NCBI GenBank assembly: GCA_012518595.1
Contig: JAAYRV010000138.1
Span: 1-44,857 of the forward strand
DNA from: Bacillota bacterium
GTDB lineage: Bacteria > Bacillota > SHA-98 > UBA4971
Direction of reading: 5' to 3'
Length of the DNA: 44,857 bases
In this document: positions 18,969 to 27,044 of the stretch, piece after piece
Numbering within the stretch: position 1 is the stretch's first letter
How the letters are laid out: every line of letters starts with the position of its first letter
Translations under genes and position numbers: made by a program
Notes under the pieces: model-generated
Database searches by the model: none
What the model saw: only the letters and a program-made list of their open reading frames with translations
Told to the model about the DNA's origin: nothing

Positions 18969-19448
18969 TCACCTGTATTTCTCAAGAATAACCGGAATAT
19001 CATCGGGCGTGAGGTTGCCGTACACTTCATCATCAATCATTATTGCCGGAGCCACACCACATACTCCGAGGCAGCTGGTGTGTTTGAGAGTAAACTTACC
19101 GCAACTTGTGGTACCTCCCATGGGAATTCCTAATTCTTGACTTAGAACATCAATTAACGTGTCTGCGCCCAACAGGTGGCATGGCGCGTTTTCACATACT
19201 CTGATTACGTGTTCTCCCACGGGTTCAACAGAAAAAAGGGTATAGAAGGTAGCGACACCATATACCTTTCCCAGTGGCATATCAAGGTTCCTTGCGACCT
19301 CAATAAGCGCATTCTCAGGAAGATATCCAAACGCCCTCTGAACATCATCCAAGATAGCGAGAAGTTCGTGTTCGCTCCGTCCATGCCTTGCGACGATCTC
19401 CTTGATAGTCGATTCCAAACTGTCTAAGCTTGCAGGCATAACGTCCAT
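18969..19448 (-). CDS. hydC: NuoE-like [2Fe-2S] hydrogenase subunit (HydC/HndA)
   Basis: VYGVATFY, CENAPC, CLGVCGVAP. Confidence 0.92.
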   Translation of the reverse strand: MDVMPASLDSLESTIKEIVARHGRSEHELLAILDDVQRAFGYLPENALIEVARNLDMPLGKVYGVATFYTLFSVEPVGEHVIRVCENAPCHLLGADTLIDVLSQELGIPMGGTTSCGKFTLKHTSCLGVCGVAPAIMIDDEVYGNLTPDDIPVILEKYR

Positions 19449-19485
19449 CTTTAAGCCCCCTTTTCATGAAAGGCGCTCTCTCAGG

Positions 19486-19848
19486 TTAACCGGTAGGAAT
19501 TACCCACTCCCCCACCACTTGGCCGTTCACAACGTGACTGGCCACGATCTTGCGTGCTTTCTCCTTGGAAACCTTACCGTAAGTGACTTTCTCCGTACCC
19601 GGCATCATTATACTGATAATGGGTTCTTGTTCACACAATCCGATACAACCTGTCTGAGTCACAATAACATCTTGAATATTACGCCGCGCCAGCTCATCCA
19701 TAATGGCTGAAAGGGTTTCACGAGCGCCTGCTGCAATGCCACATGTACCCATACCCACCACGATTCTTGTGGTCTCCTTGCCTTCTCTGAGTCTGGTCAT
19801 TGCCTGAGCTTGCTTCCTAATTCGTTCCAAATCTTCAACTGTTTTCAT
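19486..19848 (-). CDS. Thioredoxin-like [2Fe-2S] ferredoxin subunit (HndB/HydD-like)
   Basis: VGMGTCGIAAGA, TGCIGLCEQEP; ATG 19848 after GGGAGGTG. Confidence 0.88.
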   Translation of the reverse strand: MKTVEDLERIRKQAQAMTRLREGKETTRIVVGMGTCGIAAGARETLSAIMDELARRNIQDVIVTQTGCIGLCEQEPIISIMMPGTEKVTYGKVSKEKARKIVASHVVNGQVVGEWVIPTG

Positions 19849-19980
19849 TTGCGACACCTCCCAAGACTTGCCCTTCAACTCTCTGGTTAATCCCATACCT
19901 CCACTAACCGATAAGCTCTTTTCCAGAATCCCCTACGTTTTGAATTTAGACCTTATTGTTCCACTTCCTACCTACTTACT

Positions 19981-20009
19981 AGCTTACTACTTTGTGCGTT
20001 TTTTCACAA
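19981..20009 (-). promoter_or_regulatory. Rex operator overlapping the -35 of a putative sigma-A promoter of the hydrogenase operon
   Basis: TTGTGAAAAAACGCACAA (19992-20009) versus Rex consensus TTGTGAA-N4-TTCACAA; TTGTGA-N17-TAAGCT. Confidence 0.75.
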
Positions 20010-20038
20010 TCCCCCTTTCGCACTTTTCATAACTTATC

Positions 20039-20494
20039 TCAAGTGTCTGCACTATCGCCTCTTTCGGCTCCGTTCTTACTGACAATTCCCACAACTCTTG
20101 CCTGGTACTTTGCTATGGCCGGACGCTTGCTGTATGCAGCAATCCCCAGATATGAGAGCCCCAGGAATCCGAAGCCTAAGACGGCTGCAAGCAGAGATGC
20201 TATGTCCCGCCGACCTAGATGAGATGCGAATACAGTGCCTAAGTAAAGACCGAACAGGAGGAAGATAAGGGGTATTATGTAAACAATCACCGCCGCCCTG
20301 ACTACCTGAGCCGCTTCCAGCTCCAGCTCGACTTCATCGTGTTCCTTCGCGCCTACGGTATTTGTCGCGACAGCAATAATCCTGTCTCTTGATCCAAACC
20401 CGCACACCTTGCACCTGGTACATTCATCTCTCCGAAATATCTCAACCTTAGCCATATTACCTGCAGTTTCAATTACTCTGCCTAGCTCTCTCAT
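20039..20494 (-). CDS. rseC: RseC/MucC-family membrane protein
   Basis: MRELGRV, CTRCKVC Cys cluster, GA...D.V, YIIPL then two TM helices; ATG 20494 after GGAGGA. Confidence 0.8.
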   Translation of the reverse strand: MRELGRVIETAGNMAKVEIFRRDECTRCKVCGFGSRDRIIAVATNTVGAKEHDEVELELEAAQVVRAAVIVYIIPLIFLLFGLYLGTVFASHLGRRDIASLLAAVLGFGFLGLSYLGIAAYSKRPAIAKYQARVVGIVSKNGAERGDSADT

Positions 20495-20531
20495 GTTATT
20501 TGCATCCTCCGAAACGTTAATCGCGACCGGT

Positions 20532-21077
20532 CTAGGATGCCTGGACATCCTTTAGGCCTTCCTTGATTACATCGCGTATCACAGGCACTGCAGACGGACT
20601 TCCGATAGGTATGTCCCCGAGTATACCCTCTAGTGTGTCTGTACTGCACGCAAACTTAGCGTTCCCTCTAACATGTTGATATTTGAAGTTTACATGAGGA
20701 TTGCATACTATAAGAAGAGCCATTGTCTCCGCTATATCTCCAAGAGGCGCCCTGTCAATACTACTGATCCTGAAATTGGCTTCAACCTGTGTCCCCTGCC
20801 CTACTGCAGATTGGATTTCCAAATCTCCTCCCGCCATTCTGGCAGCTTCCCGAAACAGCGGGATTCCAAGGCCCACTCGCCGAGTCTTCCTGGAAGTAAC
20901 AAAGGGATTGGCAATACTGTCTAGAATTGCCTCTGGAATTCCAGGCCCGTCATCTTCAATGGTTATGGTCAAAAGATCAGAGGATTCATCCTCCGAGATG
21001 GTTATGCCTATCGTATCAGCCCCTGCTTCTATAGAGTTTTGCGCTATGTCCAATATGTGAAGAGACAGCTCTCGCAC
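20532..21077 (-). CDS. Standalone histidine-kinase-like ATPase (HATPase_c), hydrogenase-cluster type
   Basis: LHILDIAQNSIEAGA (N box), DDGPGI (G1), PFVTS, GLGIP (G2), RAPLGD. Confidence 0.85.
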   Translation of the reverse strand: MRELSLHILDIAQNSIEAGADTIGITISEDESSDLLTITIEDDGPGIPEAILDSIANPFVTSRKTRRVGLGIPLFREAARMAGGDLEIQSAVGQGTQVEANFRISSIDRAPLGDIAETMALLIVCNPHVNFKYQHVRGNAKFACSTDTLEGILGDIPIGSPSAVPVIRDVIKEGLKDVQAS

Positions 21078-21116
21078 ATAATCCCTCCTGTTTCATGTGC
21101 CTACAGGCAACGCCTG

Positions 21117-21866
21117 TCACATAGTTGCACACCGAGGCGTAACGTATCGTCCCTTTGCCAATCTCAAAGCGAGCAGAATTTCATCCCACATTGCGCCCTC
21201 CATAAAAAAGTCGGTATAACCTGCTATCTCGCTCAACCTGTGAGCATCTGAAGATTTGACAAGAGGAAACCGGGCGATGGATGGAAATCTCGTTCTGGCC
21301 GTATCCGGGCTGATGTTTCTTGATATTTCCATACAGCAAAGCTCGAGTCCGTCCGGGACAAACCCAAGGTTCCTAATGAGGCTGAATGACGGCCTATCTA
21401 CGTGTGCAGGGATAACCAGGCCGTCCAATTCGCTGACACGGCGACTCACGTAGTCAACGCTCATAGATGTGGAGCAAAGAAGTAAAGTGCATAATTTACC
21501 TGTTACTCTGCCACAAGAATCCATTATCAGTTGTTCCCCGAACCTCGCTTCGTCGTTTTCAACTTCAGGTAACGCAGAATAGACTTCTTCCTGCCAGATG
21601 TTTAAGGCGTCCGGGTGTCGGAAAAATGTGAGCACATGCACATCCTCTACAGTCTGGACTTCAATTCCGCCAAGTACAGTTATTCCCTCAGCTGCCCCTG
21701 CTTCTGCCACTGCTCGAACATTTTCCGCAGAATTATGATCACATATGCCGATAATCTCCAAACCCTTGACTTTTGCAGCCGCAATTATCGCAGGCGGAGT
21801 CATCTCATTCTCTGCACACGGGGAAAGAGCGGTGTGGATATGGAGGTCAGCAGGAAGAAACCGCAC
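21117..21866 (-). CDS. PHP-domain phosphoesterase
   Basis: DLHIHTALSPC, CDHNS, PAHVDR, SSDAH metal-binding motifs. Confidence 0.88.
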   Translation of the reverse strand: MRFLPADLHIHTALSPCAENEMTPPAIIAAAKVKGLEIIGICDHNSAENVRAVAEAGAAEGITVLGGIEVQTVEDVHVLTFFRHPDALNIWQEEVYSALPEVENDEARFGEQLIMDSCGRVTGKLCTLLLCSTSMSVDYVSRRVSELDGLVIPAHVDRPSFSLIRNLGFVPDGLELCCMEISRNISPDTARTRFPSIARFPLVKSSDAHRLSEIAGYTDFFMEGAMWDEILLALRLAKGRYVTPRCATM

Positions 21867-21884
21867 CTTGTTCTCCTCCCCTTT

Positions 21885-22247
21885 CTACTCCCTGACCCTG
21901 CCTCTAATGCCCATACGGTATAAGATGCCTACAACTTCAAAAGAAGGTTTCGATGTAGTCAGTAAAGGGATACCTTCATCATCAGCTTTAATCACAGTGT
22001 CATGAGCAGGACCGGCTCCTCCTGCCACTATGATTGCGGAAAGACCTGTAAGGGCTCCGACAGCTACGATATTCTGATGTATCTGGACGGTAACCCAGAC
22101 ATCGCCCTGCCCTGCTCCTGCCATGACATCACTTAGAAGGTCTGACGAGTATCCAAATGCTACCTTGTTGTCCAGCTGTCCTGAGCCGGCTGCTACTTCG
22201 CACTCAAGCTCGTCAACAATATCCCGCACCCTCACCCCATGACTCAT
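21885..22247 (-). CDS. DRTGG-domain protein
   Basis: GYSSDLLSDVM, WVTVQ.H.NIVAVG, GIPLL; start uncertain. Confidence 0.78.
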   Translation of the reverse strand: MSHGVRVRDIVDELECEVAAGSGQLDNKVAFGYSSDLLSDVMAGAGQGDVWVTVQIHQNIVAVGALTGLSAIIVAGGAGPAHDTVIKADDEGIPLLTTSKPSFEVVGILYRMGIRGRVRE

Positions 22248-22251
22248 ACCA

Positions 22252-23613
22252 TCACTCCCCGGGCTTTGAGAAAGCACTGTCTTCCTTGCTGTCTTCCTTT
22301 AGAGCAGGTGGGCTCTTCTTTGCCATCTCCAGGAGCTGCTCTGCAAGGATTTCGATTTCTTCACGCAGTTTGAGAATACAGTCAGTGTCCACTGCCAATC
22401 CCTGGACGATATCCTCAGCCAGGGCACGACAATTAGGACTGCCACATGAACCGCAGTCCAGCCCGGGCAACTCGCTGACCACTTTTTCTATCATTTCAGC
22501 TTTGGTAATCGCCCGGGACACATCTTGATCAAGCCTGAAAGCAGGCACTGCCACAATATCAGGTTTTATCGTAAACTCACCCAGGCGCTCCTCGAGATTA
22601 AGGTCTTCGGTAAGCTCATCACGTAATTTCGGACGCGTCTCTGATTTGTCCACGAGAGCCTCCAGGTTCATCCGACCTATGAACGGGTTTATTACGGTGA
22701 GAGCACCGCCGACACATCCGCCTGTGCACGCCTGGGCCTCGACAAACTCTATATCTTGCAGCTTGCCCATTTCCAGTTGCTCCAGAACATCGATTACATT
22801 ATGTATTCCATCTACTACGAGGGATTTGGAAATTCCGGCGGCAATGCGCTCTCCCCCGGAGCGTCCCCAACCCACGCCCACCGGCGATGCTTTGAGTTCA
22901 GGATGAGAAGGTGAAATCTCCGGAAGTCTCTTCACAATCTCGCCGTAGACATCAGAGATGGATATGGCGCCATCTACAGGGAAGCTCCCAAGTTTGTTGG
23001 CTTCCCGAACCCACGTCACCTTCGCCGGACACGGAGTGATAAAGAAAGCGCCGATGTTCTCTTTCGGGATACGAAGCTCCGCGGCTTTCATCTCCTTAGC
23101 CAGCTTACCGGAGCAGGCCATAGGTGAATCCACCGGAATCAAGTAATCTATCAATGCAGGAAAACGCACCTGAATCAATCTTACTACAGCAGGACAAGCT
23201 GCTGAAATCATAGGCGCCTTAGCGCCTTGCTTCTTAAGGTACTCTGTGGTTAGGAAAGTAGCTATGTCTGCCCCGTAGGCTACTTCGAAGACATCATCAA
23301 ATCCCATATCCATGAGGGCGGCCAGCACTCTTCGGCGATCAACTTCCCTGCCAAACTGGGAATATAGGGCCGGAGCAGGCAGTGCAATAGTGTGCTCGAA
23401 TTCTTTCAGTCTCGACAGTGAATCTGTGATCGCTGTTTTTGCATGGTTGTCACAAATCCTGATACACTCACCGCAGTCAGTGCATCTTTCTGCGTTGATC
23501 CTTGCCTTGCCGGCTCTCACTCTAATAGCTTCAGTCGGGCAGTTCTTGATGCACCTGGTGCATCCGCGACACTTCTCCTCAATCAGCAATACTGAGTGGA
23601 ATAACTGGCCCAT
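22252..23613 (-). CDS. Putative sensory [FeFe]-hydrogenase (HydS, group D-like)
   Basis: N-terminal 2x[4Fe-4S]; divergent H-cluster motifs SAACP, TPCPAK, EAQACTGGCVGG; C-terminal LPGLDCGSCGSPNC FeS domain; no PAS domain seen. Confidence 0.82.
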   Translation of the reverse strand: MGQLFHSVLLIEEKCRGCTRCIKNCPTEAIRVRAGKARINAERCTDCGECIRICDNHAKTAITDSLSRLKEFEHTIALPAPALYSQFGREVDRRRVLAALMDMGFDDVFEVAYGADIATFLTTEYLKKQGAKAPMISAACPAVVRLIQVRFPALIDYLIPVDSPMACSGKLAKEMKAAELRIPKENIGAFFITPCPAKVTWVREANKLGSFPVDGAISISDVYGEIVKRLPEISPSHPELKASPVGVGWGRSGGERIAAGISKSLVVDGIHNVIDVLEQLEMGKLQDIEFVEAQACTGGCVGGALTVINPFIGRMNLEALVDKSETRPKLRDELTEDLNLEERLGEFTIKPDIVAVPAFRLDQDVSRAITKAEMIEKVVSELPGLDCGSCGSPNCRALAEDIVQGLAVDTDCILKLREEIEILAEQLLEMAKKSPPALKEDSKEDSAFSKPGE

Positions 23614-23615
23614 GA

Positions 23616-24044
23616 TCAGCTTCCTTCTTTCGCAGGTAGGTTTATTACTGCTCTGATACTTGTCCCGGAACCTACTTGCGACGTGACTTTGAGTTCATCG
23701 GAATACCGCTTCATGTTAGGGAGGCCCAAACCTGCCCCAAATCCCATCTCTCTAATATCCTCCGACGCAGTGGAGTAACCAACTTGCATTGCCAAGGCAA
23801 TATCGGAAATACCGGGACCTTCATCATCAGCATAGATAATGACTCGCTCAGGTAATATATCAATGCCGACAGTGCCACGGTACGCGTGTATTACTATGTT
23901 CATCTCCGCCTCATACGCCACTATACCCACACGTCTGGCGGTCTCTGCGTCAATACCTATTTGGCGGAGCGCCCTCTTGGTTTTTGCTGCCGCCCCTCCT
24001 GCAGCTTGAAAATCCCTCCCTGAGACATGATACTCAAGGCGCAT
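23616..24044 (-). CDS. Anti-sigma-type Ser/Thr kinase (RsbT/RsbW-like HATPase)
   Basis: YEAEMNIVIHA, DEGPGI, GYSTA, GFGAGLGLPN. Confidence 0.85.
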   Translation of the reverse strand: MRLEYHVSGRDFQAAGGAAAKTKRALRQIGIDAETARRVGIVAYEAEMNIVIHAYRGTVGIDILPERVIIYADDEGPGISDIALAMQVGYSTASEDIREMGFGAGLGLPNMKRYSDELKVTSQVGSGTSIRAVINLPAKEGS

Positions 24045-24417
24045 CCTGTGCTCCTCCCACAGCACGTGGCCAGTGACGCCAACCTGGCAACCCTGCCGTA
24101 TAAAGAAGGCCGGCTGACTCGTACAGCGGGTAACGGGTGCATAGGATTGGGAGACCCAATTCGCGACTCATATCAATAATGTCAGGAGTGGGTCGCTTAC
24201 CGCGAACAAAGACAATAGCAGCCAGATCCACCATCTCTGCTGCACGGATAATCTGGGGCGACACTAATCCGGTGAGGACAAGCATTCTCTCTTTTGTAAA
24301 CGCCAATACGTCACTTATGAGATCGCATCCGCAACCTGCCTCCACATGCAAGTCTAACTTATCCTCACCTGTCAGGACTTCCGCCTCAAGAATTCTGGCT
24401 ACATCCCTCAGTTGCAC
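24034..24417 (-). CDS. DRTGG-domain protein
   Basis: GCDLISDVL, LTGL, AAEMVD, FVRGKRP; GTG 24417 after GGAGGG. Confidence 0.78.
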   Translation of the reverse strand: MQLRDVARILEAEVLTGEDKLDLHVEAGCGCDLISDVLAFTKERMLVLTGLVSPQIIRAAEMVDLAAIVFVRGKRPTPDIIDMSRELGLPILCTRYPLYESAGLLYTAGLPGWRHWPRAVGGAQDAP

Positions 24418-24447
24418 CTGCTTCAACCCTCCGTCCAAAACCGTAGT

Positions 24448-24984
24448 CTACCTCTGGATGATCACAGAGTATCCTTCTGCTTCAAGCTCCGAAGCAAGGG
24501 CTTCAGCATTAGCTTTGTTTTGAAACGCACCCACTTGAATTCTATACGGTGTTACAGATGTGACATACACAGGATATCCTGCTTCTTCCAGTTTACGCCC
24601 GAGTTCCTCTGCTTTACTTCTTTCATAGAATTCTCCAACCTGGACTCGGTAAAGTACAGACTCCTCCGCAACCTCGCGGGTTCCAGGTGTAATATCCGTC
24701 GTGTCCAGGGTAACAGCAGCAGGTTGCCCCGATGGACGAGGATCCGGCTCTTCCGTCGACTTAGGAGAAATTGGGCTGGGTTGTGAGTCACTACTGTCCA
24801 GCAAACCTGATCCGGTTGTCGGGGCCTGACTGGAACGCGGCGCTTGCAAAGACGACGCGCAATAACTCAAGACGTACTTTCCGAGCAAGACACCAAGCCC
24901 TACCATAGCTGCAAGCGTCACGACCCACACCAATACAAGCCATAGAGATTGCTCTTTGGATCTACCTTTTCGTTCCGGCATCAT
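24448..24984 (-). CDS. Membrane-anchored SPOR-domain protein
   Basis: TM helix, S/P/T-rich linker, two repeats YRVQVGEF / YRIQVGAF..KANA. Confidence 0.82.
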   Translation of the reverse strand: MMPERKGRSKEQSLWLVLVWVVTLAAMVGLGVLLGKYVLSYCASSLQAPRSSQAPTTGSGLLDSSDSQPSPISPKSTEEPDPRPSGQPAAVTLDTTDITPGTREVAEESVLYRVQVGEFYERSKAEELGRKLEEAGYPVYVTSVTPYRIQVGAFQNKANAEALASELEAEGYSVIIQR

Positions 24985-25051
24985 ATACCCCTCCTTAGCG
25001 TCATCTACCTAGTAATATTACCTCGCGCCGAGCCGGTTTCCTTCTAAACAT

Positions 25052-27040
25052 TTAAGAGACAGTCTCCCATGGAAGACGCATATGAAGATCGAGTCTCATT
25101 AGCCTGGTTGGAAGGGAGCTTCCAACACTTTCCGCCACGTCGCGGCCTACACATGCAAATATCAAAGGGAGACCCAACTCATCGGCAAAAGACTCCGAGA
25201 TCTCGACGCCTCGGAGCACATCATCTCTTGTGGTCTCCCGACCTAAATGAGTGTTGCTCACAATCCCTGTAGCAGAAAGCCCGGAGACAGTCTCAATTGA
25301 TTCAAGAATCGCCTTGGCGCCGTCTATATCCTGAGTAAAAGGACGATTCGTGTTCAAGACAAAATACATGTCATAACCTGCCTGTTCAAATCGGCGTCTG
25401 AATCCGGCAAGCGTCCTGGCGCCTACAGGATCTCCCCCCACATCAAACACTACTTGAAGTGTGGGATCCTGAAAAGCTCGAAAAACGGCGGGAGAAATCG
25501 AAGGAAGATCCGCAGCCTCCATACCGGGCCCGGATGAAATTACGTCTATTCCAAGGTCTTTCATGGCTCCTGCGACTTCACGGGATCTGAAATACGGGTT
25601 TACAATATCAAAGTCAACAATAGCAACTTCTCTGCCTCGGGACCGTAGGTGTTTTGCATAATTTAGCGCAACCTCAGTCTTTCCGGATCCAAAAGCGCCG
25701 ACAAATACCACTACCCTGTGGCTCATAGGGAATTTCCCTGCCCGCTGCAGAAGGTATCTGCGCACATTGCCCACAAGATAGATAGAGCCCGAAACTACCA
25801 ACGCTCCGTCCTCGCCTGCTTCTTCCAACCCTCTCGCCACAGCCTGGAACGGATCTGTGATAGCCTCAGCGCGAAGCCCTTTCGTCTCCGCAATATCTCG
25901 AAGCACATAAGGGTCTATCACACCGCTTCTTGATGACAAGGCGCGTGTGGCGATAAAAGTACGGGCGAATCTTGAGATTTCACATACCATCTTCTCGACG
26001 GGCTTGTCCTTGGACAGACCAACTACAGCCGTAACAGGGCGCTCCCCAACTATATCAGGAATCGCCTCCCTAAGTTTTCGAATCCCGTCTGCATTATGAG
26101 CGCCGTCAACCAAAACCAGGGGCTCCCTCTGCAATACTTCCAGCCGTCCCGGCCATGTGACAAGCTGTAAGCCGGCTGTGAGTGCCTCGTCTCCTATATC
26201 TACCCCGAGCTTTCGCAGGGTTTCTATTACACCTACCGCAACAGCGGCATTCTCTACCTGGTGTGCCCCAAGTAGAGGAATATGGAGGGAATCGTAGACT
26301 CGATTTCCTACCTTGACTGAAAAGGACTGACCCTCTGTCGACCAACACTTCCTTTGGCATTCTATGTCTCTACCGAACACTGTTGTAGGGGCAAATCTCC
26401 GAGCGGCTGTTTCTTCTATTACTTCAAGTGCAACAAGTTCCTGACGTCCTACAACAACGGGGACGCCTTCCTTGATAATTCCGGCTTTTTCTCCGGAGAT
26501 CTCCTCCAGTGTGTTCCCGAGTATGCCTGTATGCTCCAAGCTGATATTTGTGATGGCTGAAACCTTTGGCACAACAATATTGGTTGAGTCTAATCTGCCG
26601 CCAAGACCTACTTCGACTACGGCAAAATCCACTTTCTCACGGGCAAAGTAGAGAAAAGCCAGGGCGGTTCCTATTTCGAACTCAGTTGGGGGGCCCAGTT
26701 CAGGGTCATGCGCTATTTTCTCAAAAATAGGTTTTAGCTCTGTCATTAGACGGGCTAATGCCGCTTTTCCGATTTGACGCCCCCCGACCATAATCCTCTC
26801 AGTGTACGATGCAAGATGCGGGGATGTATAAAGGCCTACGCGAAATCCCGAAGCCCTGAGTACAGACTCGATCATAGCAGCAACTGACCCTTTTCCGTTA
26901 GTCCCTGCCACATGCACTATGGAAAAGCTCTGTTCAGGTTTGCCCGTTTCACGTGATAAGGCAAGACTGCGCTCGAGCCCTACGTGTATGCCAAATTTGC
27001 CGAGCTCACGCAGAAAGCCCATAGCTTCGTCATAATTCAT
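25052..27040 (-). CDS. folC: Folylpolyglutamate synthase FolC fused to a C-terminal P-loop ATPase domain
   Basis: HVAGTNGKGS, YTSPHL, EVGLGGRLDSTN, WPGRLE, DGAHN, GSIYLVG, then in frame GAFGSGKTE...DIVNPYFRSRE...DVGGD. Confidence 0.9.
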   Translation of the reverse strand: MNYDEAMGFLRELGKFGIHVGLERSLALSRETGKPEQSFSIVHVAGTNGKGSVAAMIESVLRASGFRVGLYTSPHLASYTERIMVGGRQIGKAALARLMTELKPIFEKIAHDPELGPPTEFEIGTALAFLYFAREKVDFAVVEVGLGGRLDSTNIVVPKVSAITNISLEHTGILGNTLEEISGEKAGIIKEGVPVVVGRQELVALEVIEETAARRFAPTTVFGRDIECQRKCWSTEGQSFSVKVGNRVYDSLHIPLLGAHQVENAAVAVGVIETLRKLGVDIGDEALTAGLQLVTWPGRLEVLQREPLVLVDGAHNADGIRKLREAIPDIVGERPVTAVVGLSKDKPVEKMVCEISRFARTFIATRALSSRSGVIDPYVLRDIAETKGLRAEAITDPFQAVARGLEEAGEDGALVVSGSIYLVGNVRRYLLQRAGKFPMSHRVVVFVGAFGSGKTEVALNYAKHLRSRGREVAIVDFDIVNPYFRSREVAGAMKDLGIDVISSGPGMEAADLPSISPAVFRAFQDPTLQVVFDVGGDPVGARTLAGFRRRFEQAGYDMYFVLNTNRPFTQDIDGAKAILESIETVSGLSATGIVSNTHLGRETTRDDVLRGVEISESFADELGLPLIFACVGRDVAESVGSSLPTRLMRLDLHMRLPWETVS

Positions 27041-27044
27041 ATCG

